Assembly (NCBI GenBank): GCA_040756235.1
Contig: JBFLZG010000126.1
Coordinates: 32,001-96,000 of the forward strand
DNA length: 64,000 nucleotides
DNA from: a bacterium
GTDB taxonomy: Bacteria; Desulfobacterota; DSWW01
Direction of reading: 5' to 3'
The translations under genes were made by a program, and so were the position numbers. The stretch's first letter is position 1. Every line of letters starts with the position of its first letter. The notes under the pieces are model-generated. The model had not been told where the DNA came from and did no database searches. It saw only the letters and a program-made list of their open reading frames with translations. This document shows, in pieces, positions 51,572 to 61,015 of this stretch.

Positions 51572-53002
51572 ATGGCGGAGGATCTCTTCGGGAGGGAGCT
51601 CGAGCTCAGGCGGCGAGCCGAACGGGCGGGACAGGCACACCTTTTCTCCTGGTGGCAGGATCTCTCGGACCGAGAGCGGGCACGGCTCCTCGAGCAGATC
51701 GACGGCATCGATTTCGGTCTCATCGACCGGCTTGCCGAGAATCTGGTCAGGAAGCGTGCCTCCGGCGGGACCGGGGCTCTGGAGCCGGCGCCGATCATCC
51801 CGCTGCCGGCCGACCAAAAGGGCTTGCAGGAAAGGCTGCGCGCCCGGGACCGAGGCGAAGAAAGCCTTCGCCGGGGCCATGTTGCCGCCCTCGTGGCAGC
51901 CGGCGGCCAGGGCACACGGCTCGGCTTTCCGGGCCCCAAGGGATCGTTTCCGATCGGACCGCTTTCGGGAAAGACGCTGTTCGAGCTCTTCGGCGAGAGG
52001 ATCCTTGCGGCCGGGCGGCGCTACGGTTGCGCGATTCCCTGGTACGTCATGACCAGCCCGGCCACGGACGCCGAAACTCGCGGCTTCTTCCGGGAGCACG
52101 ATTTTTTCGGCCTCTCCCGGGACGACGTGTGTTTCTTCGAGCAGGGCACGCTGCCGGCCGTGGACCGAGACGGCCGGGTCCTCATGGCGGACAAGGCGGA
52201 AATCGCCCTGAGCCCGGACGGGCACGGAGGGACTTTCCGGGCGCTGCGCGAGAGCGGCGCCCTGGCAGACATGGAGCGACGGGGAATCCGGGAGATTTCC
52301 TACTTTCAGGTGGACAACGTTCTGGTCAAGCCCCTCGACCCTGTCTTCATCGGCTTTCATGCCTTGGCAGAGGCCGAGATGAGCTCCAAGGTGGTGCGCA
52401 AGGCGTATCCGGAGGAGAAAGTCGGGGTGCTCGGAATGCGGGACGGCAAGCCGGGCGTGATCGAGTATAGCGACCTGAGCCCGGAGGAAATGCGGGCCAG
52501 GGGACCTGACGGAGAGCTGCTCTACTGGGCGGGCAGCATCGCGGTGCACCTGATCCGAACCGATTTCGTGAGGCGCCTGGGCTCGGCCAAGGTCGAGCTG
52601 CCGTTTCACCGGGCCGACAAGAAGGTGGCGTGCATCGGCGCAGACGGGAACCGGGTCGAACCGGCCGCGCCGAATGCCGTGAAGTTCGAGTCGTTCATCT
52701 TCGATGCCTTGGGTTACGCGGACCGCTCGGTGGCCCTGGAGGTGCACAGGAGCGAGGAGTTCTCGCCCGTCAAGAATGCGCAGGGGGTCGACTCCCCGGG
52801 GACGGCGCAAAAGGACCTGATGGAGCTGTTTGCCCTGTGGCTGAACGATGCCGGCATCCGGGTGCCGCGAACGGAGGACGGCGCCCTGGCCGTTCGGATC
52901 GAGATCAGCCCCTTGTACGCGCTGGACCGCGAAGAGCTGCTGGCCAAGATCCCTCCCCGCCTGGAGATCGCCGGCGACCTGCTGCTCGCCGGCGAGGGGT
53001 GA
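51572..53002 (+). CDS. Eukaryote-type UDP-N-acetylhexosamine pyrophosphorylase (UAP1/UDPGP family)
   Basis: AGGQGTRLG..GPKG, PDGHGG, QVDN, EKVG, EYSD, KFESFIFD and EFSPVKN motifs. Confidence 0.9.
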   Translation: MAEDLFGRELELRRRAERAGQAHLFSWWQDLSDRERARLLEQIDGIDFGLIDRLAENLVRKRASGGTGALEPAPIIPLPADQKGLQERLRARDRGEESLRRGHVAALVAAGGQGTRLGFPGPKGSFPIGPLSGKTLFELFGERILAAGRRYGCAIPWYVMTSPATDAETRGFFREHDFFGLSRDDVCFFEQGTLPAVDRDGRVLMADKAEIALSPDGHGGTFRALRESGALADMERRGIREISYFQVDNVLVKPLDPVFIGFHALAEAEMSSKVVRKAYPEEKVGVLGMRDGKPGVIEYSDLSPEEMRARGPDGELLYWAGSIAVHLIRTDFVRRLGSAKVELPFHRADKKVACIGADGNRVEPAAPNAVKFESFIFDALGYADRSVALEVHRSEEFSPVKNAQGVDSPGTAQKDLMELFALWLNDAGIRVPRTEDGALAVRIEISPLYALDREELLAKIPPRLEIAGDLLLAGEG

Positions 53003-53010
53003 TCTCTTTT

Positions 53011-53299
53011 CCGTCATTCAGGCGCAGGAGGCTAGGTGATAACCAGTCCGTCATTCCCGCAAACCCCGGATCAAAGTCCGGGACAGGCGCGGGGATCCAA
53101 TAGGACCGTCATTCCCGCGGAAGCGGGAATCCCTCTGTGCCTCGAGGTCCCGGCTCTGTTCCGTCACCCCTGCAAAGGCTGGAATCCAGTCCCCGTGCCC
53201 CTGATTCGTAGGGGCGACCGGCGGTCGCCCCTGAGGGGCGAATAGTTATTCGCCCCTACCGGATCCCGGCTCACACGCGCTCCGCAGGTGGGCCGGGAT
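53011..53299. repeat. Composite REP-like repeat cluster
   Basis: Four CCGTCA(TT/CC)C...GG(A/G)ATCC-type units (the first partial), a GTAGGGGCG...CGCCCCTAC double hairpin (53208-53259) and the 39-bp unit shared with 35472. Confidence 0.75.
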
Positions 53300-53322
53300 T
53301 ACGAGAAAGACGCGGCCTCGGC

Positions 53323-53493
53323 CTAAGGTAGTTTTTCCGCTTCTTCAATCAGCATGATCGGGATGTCGTCCTTGATGGCGTACTTGAGCTTGCAGGCGTC
53401 ACAGATGAGGGCGTCTCCGTTGTCGGTGAGCCGAATGTCGCCCTTGCACTTGGGGCAAGCGAGGATCTCCAGAAGTTCCGGGTCAAGTGCCAT
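53323..53493 (-). CDS. Trm112/YcaR family protein, 56 aa
   Basis: Below the track cutoff: MALDPELLEILACPKCKGDIRLTDNGDALICDACKLKYAIKDDIPIMLIEEAEKLP. Confidence 0.9.
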   Translation of the reverse strand: MALDPELLEILACPKCKGDIRLTDNGDALICDACKLKYAIKDDIPIMLIEEAEKLP

Positions 53494-54622
53494 GGTCTTC
53501 TACGCTCCTTTTCTCCGCGGACATCACCGCTGAAGTCTTGAGTCCCTTGCCCAACCTTGAATAGAGGCCGCGGCTGAGGCCATGTTCCTGGGCCACTTGC
53601 TCGAGCCCTTCCCAGACCTGCGCGACCGTGATCGCCCGCATGCAGGCCCTGTCCGGGCAGGTCCTGCGGAAGCAAGGGGCGCATGGGCTCGGGCTTGCGA
53701 GCACCCTCGCTCCCTTGCCGGGCGGACCGTTTCGCACCGGATCCGAGGGGCCGTACAATCCCAGGACCGGCAGGCCCAGAGCCGAGGCCAGATGCAGGGG
53801 GCCGCTGTCGCCGCCCAGGAACATGTCGCACCTTCCGAGAAAGGCCGCGAGACCCTTGATATCCAGATCCGGCAAGATCCGCACCGACGCCCGCGCGAGC
53901 TCCTTCACTTGTTCCGCGAGCCCTCTCTCGCCCGGGCCCCAGAGAATCCAGACGTCCGCGTCCCAGTGGCGCTCCAGCCGCTCCGCGATTTCAGCGTAGC
54001 GTTCGAGGCTCCACTGTTTGGTCGCCCACCCGGCCGCCGGATGGAGGGCCGCCCGGAGGCGCCTGTGCCTGGCGGCGCCGGCTTCCTCCAGGAGCGGAAG
54101 GATCGGATCCAGCCAGTCGGCAGGTATCCGGAGCGGGAAGTCGCGCTCCCGAGTCCGGATGCCTAAAGGATGGAGGAGCGACAGATTCCTGTCAACGACA
54201 TGGCTGCGCGCAACGAAGCCTCGTGGCCGGAGGTTGGAGAAGGCGACGTTCAGTCCCTCCCGGACAAGGTCGAGCGGAAATCCAATGCGGACCGGGGCCC
54301 GAGTCCAGAAGCTGAGAAGGCCGCTTCGGACGAGCCCCTGGAGATCGATTACAACGTCGAAGGCTCCTCTTCGGAGGAGCCGGAGGATCCCGGCCCAGGA
54401 GGCTGTCGGATTCCTGCCGGCATGCGAACGCGGCCCGAGTCGGAAACGAGCTGCAATGACTTCGTCCACGCACGGGCTGGCTTCGAGCAGGTGCCGGTAC
54501 TTCTCATCGACCAGCCAGCTCAGGCGAGCCCACGGGTATCGCTTCTTGATGGCCGCAGCCACGGGCAACCCGTGCAGGACGTCGCCGAAGGCGCTCGTGC
54601 GGACGATCAGGGCCCGTTTCAT
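53483..54622 (-). CDS. waaC: LPS heptosyltransferase I-like (GT9)
   Basis: VRTSAFGDVLH, IDLQGL.RS, HVVD, W.TKQW and DSGPLHLA motifs. Confidence 0.85.
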   Translation of the reverse strand: MKRALIVRTSAFGDVLHGLPVAAAIKKRYPWARLSWLVDEKYRHLLEASPCVDEVIAARFRLGPRSHAGRNPTASWAGILRLLRRGAFDVVIDLQGLVRSGLLSFWTRAPVRIGFPLDLVREGLNVAFSNLRPRGFVARSHVVDRNLSLLHPLGIRTRERDFPLRIPADWLDPILPLLEEAGAARHRRLRAALHPAAGWATKQWSLERYAEIAERLERHWDADVWILWGPGERGLAEQVKELARASVRILPDLDIKGLAAFLGRCDMFLGGDSGPLHLASALGLPVLGLYGPSDPVRNGPPGKGARVLASPSPCAPCFRRTCPDRACMRAITVAQVWEGLEQVAQEHGLSRGLYSRLGKGLKTSAVMSAEKRSVEDHGT

Positions 54623-55620
54623 GAGACGCCGGCTCCTTCGATCGCATGCACTCGAGAGTCGGACCGGATCGCTGTTTGGACGTCCTCCAGCTCCGCGGTG
54701 ACGACGTAGTCGACAGAGGGAAGCCGGCTCAAGACTTCGATCCTTTGCTCCATCGGGAGCCGTGCACGGGAGGGGTCGCACGGTGATCCGGGCGTCCGGC
54801 GATCGTCCGTGATCGCGGCCACGAGGACCTCGCCAGGTTCCCTGGTGAGCCTCGTGGAGACCTCTTGTAAATTATCATATATTGCAGTATAAGCACACTT
54901 AACAACGATGTTTTCTCCCCTCGATCGATGGATCGAGGCGCGTTCGGCCAGGAGACGCAGGGAGACCCATTTGCTCGACCAGCCGCGTTGCTCGTACAGG
55001 CCGCTCGTCCGACCGAGGATCTCGCCTTCGTGCCAGAGGATCCAGTCCGCAGCCTCGGAAAGGTCCCGGGCGACCCGGTCCGGGGACCCGGGGCCTGCTC
55101 CCCGCAGGCAGGCGCTCCATTCGTCCCGGCCGAAACCGGTCAGGACGAGGATCCCGGTGAGGCCGGCCCTGCGGGCCGCCTCCATGTCGGTCCTCTTGTC
55201 TCCCACCAGGTAGGAGCCGGCCATCGAGAGGCCAAGCTCCTGGACGGCCGTTTCCAGGAGCCCGGTCCCGGGCTTCCTGCAGGAGCACTCCATCCGATAG
55301 GGCTCGAGCTCCCCTCGGGGGTGGTGCGGACAGTAGTAGAATCCATCCGCCGACGCCCCTGCCAGCCCCAGCAGGCGTGCGATCTCCTGATGGACCGCCA
55401 GCACGTCCCGTTCCGTATAGAATCCCCTGGCTACGCCGCTCTGATTGGTCACGACGACGACCCGAAAGCCGGACCGCTTCAGGGCGGAGGCGGCTCGAGC
55501 GGCGCCGTGCTCCAGCTCGACCTGTTTCGGATCCTTGAGATAGCCTTTCTCCCGGATGAGTGTTCCGTCGCGGTCCAGGAATACGGCCCTCGGCCGCCTC
55601 GCGGCCTCCAGTGCCGTCAC
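54619..55620 (-). CDS. gmhB: D,D-heptose 1,7-bisphosphate phosphatase with a C-terminal degenerate HldC-like domain
   Basis: FLDRDGTL, TNQSGVARG, CPHHP, CSCRKP and VGDK..D motifs; GTGA overlap with the upstream acyltransferase gene. Confidence 0.88.
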   Translation of the reverse strand: MTALEAARRPRAVFLDRDGTLIREKGYLKDPKQVELEHGAARAASALKRSGFRVVVVTNQSGVARGFYTERDVLAVHQEIARLLGLAGASADGFYYCPHHPRGELEPYRMECSCRKPGTGLLETAVQELGLSMAGSYLVGDKRTDMEAARRAGLTGILVLTGFGRDEWSACLRGAGPGSPDRVARDLSEAADWILWHEGEILGRTSGLYEQRGWSSKWVSLRLLAERASIHRSRGENIVVKCAYTAIYDNLQEVSTRLTREPGEVLVAAITDDRRTPGSPCDPSRARLPMEQRIEVLSRLPSVDYVVTAELEDVQTAIRSDSRVHAIEGAGVS

Positions 55621-56612
55621 GGTCGTGCTCCGAGGCCGGGCCTGATCGGCCCCGGCTGCGGTTGCTTGCTTTTTTTCTTCTTCTTCCTCGACGCCGCCCC
55701 GCTGTAGGAAACCGTGGGGGATCCCTTCCATCTCCTGTGCATCCAGAACCACTGATCCGGGTGCTCCCGCACCACCCGCTCGAGAACCTTCTGCAAACGT
55801 TGCGTGTTCTCGAGAATGTCCAGGTCGTTCCGGCCGGTCCTCACGACCGGCACCTCCGGCTCGATATGGAGCTGATGGCCCACGCCCGACGGATCGCGCA
55901 GCATGTACACGGGCAGGACCGGTGCCCCGGATCGGCACGCCAGCAGAGCAAGAGCGGCCGACGAGCCGGCCTGATGGCCGAAGAAGTCCACGAATACCCC
56001 TTCATTGCCGGTCACCCGCTGGTCCATGAGGAGGCCCACCCCGTAGCCCTGCCGGAGAGACCGGAGAATCTGCCGCAGGGCCCCCCTCTTCGGGATGATG
56101 CGGTTGCCGGAACGATGCCGGATGCGGTTGAGCCACTGATCGAAATACGGGTTGTCCAGGGCCCTGGCCACAAACGCCAGCCGGTAGCCGGCAATGCCGG
56201 TGCACAGAGCCATGAGCTCCCAGTTGCCGAAATGGCCGGTCAGGATCAGCACGCCCTTGTTTCGCGTCAGCGCCCGCTCGTAATGCTCCCGGCCGGTCAC
56301 GCTGCCGACCCGGGCAACGAGCTGATCGAAAGGAAGTCTGCCCAGGCCCGGGATCTCGAGGAACGTGGTCGCCACGTTCTGGAAACAGCGGCGCGCGACC
56401 GCTCTCCTCTGTTCGAGCGGCCACTGCGGAAAGGCGATCGCAAGGTTCTCCAGGCAGATCTGGCGGTGCCTGCGGTCGAGGTGGTAGGCCGCGGCTCCGA
56501 TCCACCTTCCGATGCGGCAGAGCCGGGGGGAGGGGCAGACAGACAGGAGCCACAGGAACGGCAAAGAGACGGCGAAAAGGAGCGCATCGAGCCGGCGGCG
56601 CATGGAGCTCAT
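55617..56612 (-). CDS. Lipid A late acyltransferase (LpxL/HtrB family)
   Basis: GHFGNWE, LMDQ, FFG and PDQWFWMHRRWK motifs. Confidence 0.9.
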   Translation of the reverse strand: MSSMRRRLDALLFAVSLPFLWLLSVCPSPRLCRIGRWIGAAAYHLDRRHRQICLENLAIAFPQWPLEQRRAVARRCFQNVATTFLEIPGLGRLPFDQLVARVGSVTGREHYERALTRNKGVLILTGHFGNWELMALCTGIAGYRLAFVARALDNPYFDQWLNRIRHRSGNRIIPKRGALRQILRSLRQGYGVGLLMDQRVTGNEGVFVDFFGHQAGSSAALALLACRSGAPVLPVYMLRDPSGVGHQLHIEPEVPVVRTGRNDLDILENTQRLQKVLERVVREHPDQWFWMHRRWKGSPTVSYSGAASRKKKKKSKQPQPGPIRPGLGARP

Positions 56613-57757
56613 CGGAGCCGCCCCTGCCGGTCTTCGCCCGCAAGGCCGACGCCAGCCAGGAGGTGGGCCCAGAACCGCTCTTCGTCCGGGAGCGCCACTT
56701 CCACCCTCAGGAACAGAAGGCGGCCGGCGGGCCAGGGAAAACGCTCGATCTTGACGGCATCCTTCTCGGTGGTGACGGCTGCCGCAGACCCGGTGCGGGA
56801 GACCAGATCGAGCAACTCCTCTAAGTCCCGCAGCGAGTAGCGATGGTGGTCGGGGAAGGCTCTGCGCGCGGCCGGACGGAGCCCCGCTTGTTCCAGCATG
56901 CCCCAGAAGGACGCCGGCCGTGCAATGCCGCAGAAAGCGATGATCGGCTGACCGGCGAGCCGAGCGGCCTCGACGGGCCTCCGGTCAGCCACGGCGAACA
57001 GACCGGCCGGACGGAGGCGGGCTCGAAACAGCGGGGCCCTGGTGGCCGGCTCCGGGCGGCCCCCTGCGGTGAGCTCGGCGGGTGCCTGCGTGCCGGCCGC
57101 CTCCAGCAGGATGAGGGCATCGGCCGCGGCCAGGGCGCTGGCCGGCTCCCGCAGCGGGCCCGCCGGCAGGCAGCAAGCCCCGGGGACGAGCTCTTCACCG
57201 GTGAGCATTACCAGGTCGCAGTCCCTGGCAAGGCGGAGGTGTTGGAAGCCGTCATCCAGCAGGAGCAGGTCCAGAGGGAACCGTCTCCGCACCGATTCGG
57301 CTCCCCGGAACCGGTCCGAGTCCACGACGATCGGAGTCCTCGGGAGGGAGCGCGCCATGAGGTAGGGCTCGTCTCCGCAATCGAGAGGATTCCATTGATC
57401 CGCATCCCCCGGACAGAGGATGTGCGTTCCTCCGCGAGTTCTCCGCCCGTATCCACGCGTGAGCACCGCTGCCCGCAGCCCTCTGGTCTCGAGCCCCCTG
57501 GCCAGCCAGATGGCAAAGGGCGTCTTGGCCACGCCGCCCACGCGCAGCCCTCCGATGCTCACCACTTTGGCGGGAGCCCGCCGGGAATGCAGAATCCCTG
57601 CCCGGAAGAGCCTGCGCCGGAGGGTCTGGAGAGCGCCGTACGCGATCGACAGCGGTTTGAAAAGTGCAGAGACCAGCCTTTCGGCCAGCCCTCGCTCGCC
57701 GCGAGGCCGCGTCCAGAGCTCCTGCAGGAAGCGGACGAGATGTGCTTCAGGTGCCAA
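56609..57757 (-). CDS. lpxK: Tetraacyldisaccharide 4'-kinase
   Basis: GG.AKTP, RGYG, GDEP, LDDGFQH, PAGPLRE, FPDHH and TTEKDAVK motifs. Confidence 0.93.
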   Translation of the reverse strand: MAPEAHLVRFLQELWTRPRGERGLAERLVSALFKPLSIAYGALQTLRRRLFRAGILHSRRAPAKVVSIGGLRVGGVAKTPFAIWLARGLETRGLRAAVLTRGYGRRTRGGTHILCPGDADQWNPLDCGDEPYLMARSLPRTPIVVDSDRFRGAESVRRRFPLDLLLLDDGFQHLRLARDCDLVMLTGEELVPGACCLPAGPLREPASALAAADALILLEAAGTQAPAELTAGGRPEPATRAPLFRARLRPAGLFAVADRRPVEAARLAGQPIIAFCGIARPASFWGMLEQAGLRPAARRAFPDHHRYSLRDLEELLDLVSRTGSAAAVTTEKDAVKIERFPWPAGRLLFLRVEVALPDEERFWAHLLAGVGLAGEDRQGRLR

Positions 57758-59738
57758 AGAAGCTCCCGACGAGTGAGAGGTTTCGTTCCGTGGCCCCGCG
57801 GTTCTCCTCCAGAATTCCGTAAGCCGCGTCCGCGATGGTCCGTCTCCGATCCGGGTCCCTCAGCAGCCTGGCTGCTTCCAGGTACAGGGGCTCCTCGCCG
57901 GACACCTGGATCCCGCCGCCCCGTTCCAGCAGGGCCCGGGCGACATCCGGGGTGTTCTCCATGTGGGGGCCGAACAGGACCGGTCTCCGATGAACGATCG
58001 GCTCGAGCAGGTTGTGTCCGCCCACCGGGGTCAGGCTGCCGCCGACGAAAACGATGTCGCCGATTGCATAAGCCTGCGCGAGCTCTCCCATCGTGTCCAG
58101 AAGGAGCACGTCGATCTCCCGGATCCCGGTCTTTCCACCCGTCCTCCTGAGGACGCGCAGCCCGCTCCTCCTGACGAGCTGTTCCACGTCGGCGCACCGC
58201 TCCGGGTGCCTGGGCGCGAGCAGCAGCTTGAGCGTCGGAAAGGAGCCGCGCAGCTTGTCGAAGACCTTCAGGATGGTCTCCTCCTCTCCTGGGTGGGTGC
58301 TGCCGGCCACCCAGACCGGGGCGGATGGCGGAAAACCGAAATCCTGCGGGGCGGGCGGCGCGGGCGTGCAGGCCCCTCGATGCAGGCACACGTCGAACTT
58401 CATGTTGCCGGTGACGAAGACGCGCCGCGGGTCGGCTCCGATGCGGATGATGCGCAGGCAATCCTGCTTGCTCTGCATGCCGAAGGCGGAGACAGATTCC
58501 AGGACCTGGCGGAAGAAGAACCGGAACCACCCGTATTGGCGGCAAGACCTCGCCGAGATCCGACCGTTCACAATGACCGAGGGAATCCCGTGCCTTCCCA
58601 GCATGAACAGGAAGTTCGGCCAGATCTCCGTCTCCGTGTGGACGAACAGCTTGGGCTGCACGTGCTTGAGCACGAGCCGGGTGGAAAAAGGATAATCGAA
58701 GGGGAAGTAGATCACGCGCCCGGCCGCTGCAAAGTGCTCCCGCGCCACCGTCTGGCCCGTGGGCGTGATGGTCGAGACCACGATCGGTCTCTGGGGGTAG
58801 GCCTGCTTCAACCTCCGGATGAACGGGACGGTCGCCAGCACCTCGCCGACCGAGACCGCGTGGACCCAGACCGGCTGCTCCTCAGGGCTCTTGCCCATCG
58901 AACCGGGCACGGACAGGCCGAGCCGCTGGAGAAAGCCCGAACGGTACTTGGGGACGGAAAGAAGCTTCCAGGCGAAGAAGGGCAGCGCCGGAAGCGTGAG
59001 CAGGTAGAGGGCCAGGCTGTAGACCAGACAAAGACGTTCCGCGAAGGCCGTCTTCCGCAAGTAGGCCCCGGTCTGACGGGCGAGCTCGTTGAGCGCGGAC
59101 TCGAGCCGCAGGGCCTGCGCTGCGGGACCTGTGTCGGTCTCGGATGGCCTCACGGTCAGAGGATCCCCGAACGTGACGGCGGCCCTGGCGAAGGGCAAGG
59201 GAATGCACAGGCGGTCCCAGGTTCTCAGGCGGATGCCGCGGCTTGCGGTCCAGGAGACCGGCAGGATCGGAACGCCACCGAGCATGCCGAGCGCCGTGGC
59301 GTCGGGTCGAGCCTTGCAGCGCGGTCCGACGGGGCCGTCCGGCATCAGGGCCAGGCTGCGCCCCTGGTCGAGAGCTCGAATCATGTCGCGCAGCGACCTG
59401 CCGTCGTCCCTGCGCGTCGATCCCGGAATCACGCGGATCCCGAACGGTTTCACGGTGCACGCGATGAGCTTGCCGTCCCGACGGCGGCCGATGAAGACCG
59501 AGATTTCGGATCCTCTTGGGAACACCTTTTGGAAGGCGCCGGGGATGAGGAGTGCATGGCCGTGCCAGAAGGCAACGAGCAGAGGCTTGCCGGAACGGAT
59601 GGCGCGCTGCGCCTGTTCCGAGACCTGGATCCGCCAGCGCAGCGTCCTGTAGAGCACGCGCGCCACGGCCGTCAGAATCGGGGAAATCATCCCGAGGATC
59701 CAGCGGTGCCGGGGCTCTCTGAGCTCGCGTTGTTTCAT
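57747..59738 (-). CDS. waaA: DUF374 (acyltransferase-like) fused to Kdo transferase
   Basis: N-terminal AFWHG, DG, PDGP.GP, WDR..P.PF; C-terminal HAVSVGE, ETEIWPN, NGRIS, GSTH.GEE, PRHPER, GGHN.LEP. Confidence 0.9.
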   Translation of the reverse strand: MKQRELREPRHRWILGMISPILTAVARVLYRTLRWRIQVSEQAQRAIRSGKPLLVAFWHGHALLIPGAFQKVFPRGSEISVFIGRRRDGKLIACTVKPFGIRVIPGSTRRDDGRSLRDMIRALDQGRSLALMPDGPVGPRCKARPDATALGMLGGVPILPVSWTASRGIRLRTWDRLCIPLPFARAAVTFGDPLTVRPSETDTGPAAQALRLESALNELARQTGAYLRKTAFAERLCLVYSLALYLLTLPALPFFAWKLLSVPKYRSGFLQRLGLSVPGSMGKSPEEQPVWVHAVSVGEVLATVPFIRRLKQAYPQRPIVVSTITPTGQTVAREHFAAAGRVIYFPFDYPFSTRLVLKHVQPKLFVHTETEIWPNFLFMLGRHGIPSVIVNGRISARSCRQYGWFRFFFRQVLESVSAFGMQSKQDCLRIIRIGADPRRVFVTGNMKFDVCLHRGACTPAPPAPQDFGFPPSAPVWVAGSTHPGEEETILKVFDKLRGSFPTLKLLLAPRHPERCADVEQLVRRSGLRVLRRTGGKTGIREIDVLLLDTMGELAQAYAIGDIVFVGGSLTPVGGHNLLEPIVHRRPVLFGPHMENTPDVARALLERGGGIQVSGEEPLYLEAARLLRDPDRRRTIADAAYGILEENRGATERNLSLVGSFFGT

Positions 59739-59742
59739 CTCG

Positions 59743-60996
59743 CTACCGGGGCCGGCAGACAGGACCAGCCGCGCGGGCGGCATGGGGTCCGCGCGCCTCG
59801 ACCCGGGCGCGGTCGGGAAGCATTTCAAGGATCACGGCTGCGGCCCGCTCCGAAGCTCCGGGGCGGCCGAGAAGGTCCCGGACTTCAGCCAAACCCTTCT
59901 TCACGTCGAAGTAGTAAATCGAGCTCTCCAGAAGGCGGCAGCAGAGCGCGCCGATCGCCTCGGGTTTCAGGTCGCCCTGGAGCAGCTCGGGTACCACGGC
60001 TCTTCGGGACACCAGGTTGACCAGACTGATCGACGGCACGCGCACCAGCAGCCGGCCGAGCAGAAAAGTGACCGGAGACACCTTGTACACCACGATCATC
60101 GGCACCCCAAGCAGGGCCAGCTCGAGCGTGGCCGTACCCGAGGCCACGATCGCCAGGTCGCAGAGCGCCATGGCCCGGGTCGTTGCGGAGCGGACTCTGC
60201 GGACGGGAAGGCGGCCGCTCTCGAGGATCGGTGTGTACACTTCGTCAGGCAGCCCCGGCGCCTGGCCCAGCAGGAACTGGGTGCGGGGAAATCGGGAACG
60301 GAGGCTCCCGGCTCCGGCCAGCATGGCCGGCAGCAGCCTGGATACTTCACCGCTGCGGCTTCCCGGAAAGAGCCCCACCACCGGGAACAGCGGGGAGAGC
60401 CCGAGCCCGTCGTGCTCCTCGCTGCGCGTTTGCTCGGAGACCTCCTCGAGGGCGTCCAGCAGGGGATGGCCGACGTAGCTCACCGGGACCCCGCTTTTTC
60501 GATAGAGAGCCTCTTCGAACGGAAAGATCACGATCATCCTCGAGACGGTCTGTGCGATCTGCCGGATTCTCGCCCGCCGCCAAGCCCAGATCTGGGGGCT
60601 GATGTAGTAGACGACCGGGATGCCGCGCCTGGCCGCGACTCGTGCCAGGCGCAGGTTGAAATCCGGGAAGTCGATCAGGACGAGCAGGTCCGGCGGCTCC
60701 CGGTTCAACTGGAGCTTGACTTCGCGCAGGGCCTTTCCGATGTGCCGCAGTCTGCCCAGGATCTCGGTGATGCCCACGACGGCAAGCTCAGAGGCGTGAA
60801 ACATCAGAGAGACGCCCGCCTCGGCCATCGCCCCTCCCCCGATTCCGTAAAGCCGGATTTCCGGCCGCGCCCGCAGGAGGCTCTTGGCGAGCCTGGCGCC
60901 GTGCATGTCGCCCGAAGCCTCGCCGGCAATGACCAGGACCCTCGGACCCGAGGGGGCGACGGGCGGACGGCTCGGGATGAGACCAGGCTCAGGCAT
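59743..60996 (-). CDS. lpxB: Lipid A disaccharide synthase
   Basis: AGEASGD, IDFPDFN, SPQIWAWR, PFE, VGHP, PGSR, SGTATLE and PELLQ motifs. Confidence 0.95.
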   Translation of the reverse strand: MPEPGLIPSRPPVAPSGPRVLVIAGEASGDMHGARLAKSLLRARPEIRLYGIGGGAMAEAGVSLMFHASELAVVGITEILGRLRHIGKALREVKLQLNREPPDLLVLIDFPDFNLRLARVAARRGIPVVYYISPQIWAWRRARIRQIAQTVSRMIVIFPFEEALYRKSGVPVSYVGHPLLDALEEVSEQTRSEEHDGLGLSPLFPVVGLFPGSRSGEVSRLLPAMLAGAGSLRSRFPRTQFLLGQAPGLPDEVYTPILESGRLPVRRVRSATTRAMALCDLAIVASGTATLELALLGVPMIVVYKVSPVTFLLGRLLVRVPSISLVNLVSRRAVVPELLQGDLKPEAIGALCCRLLESSIYYFDVKKGLAEVRDLLGRPGASERAAAVILEMLPDRARVEARGPHAARAAGPVCRPR

Positions 60997-61015
60997 CGAG
61001 ATCACCCGCACAAGG

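Noticed and set aside
53011..53299. Possible CRISPR array
   Set aside because: Repeats are degenerate and irregularly spaced, and there are no cas genes.
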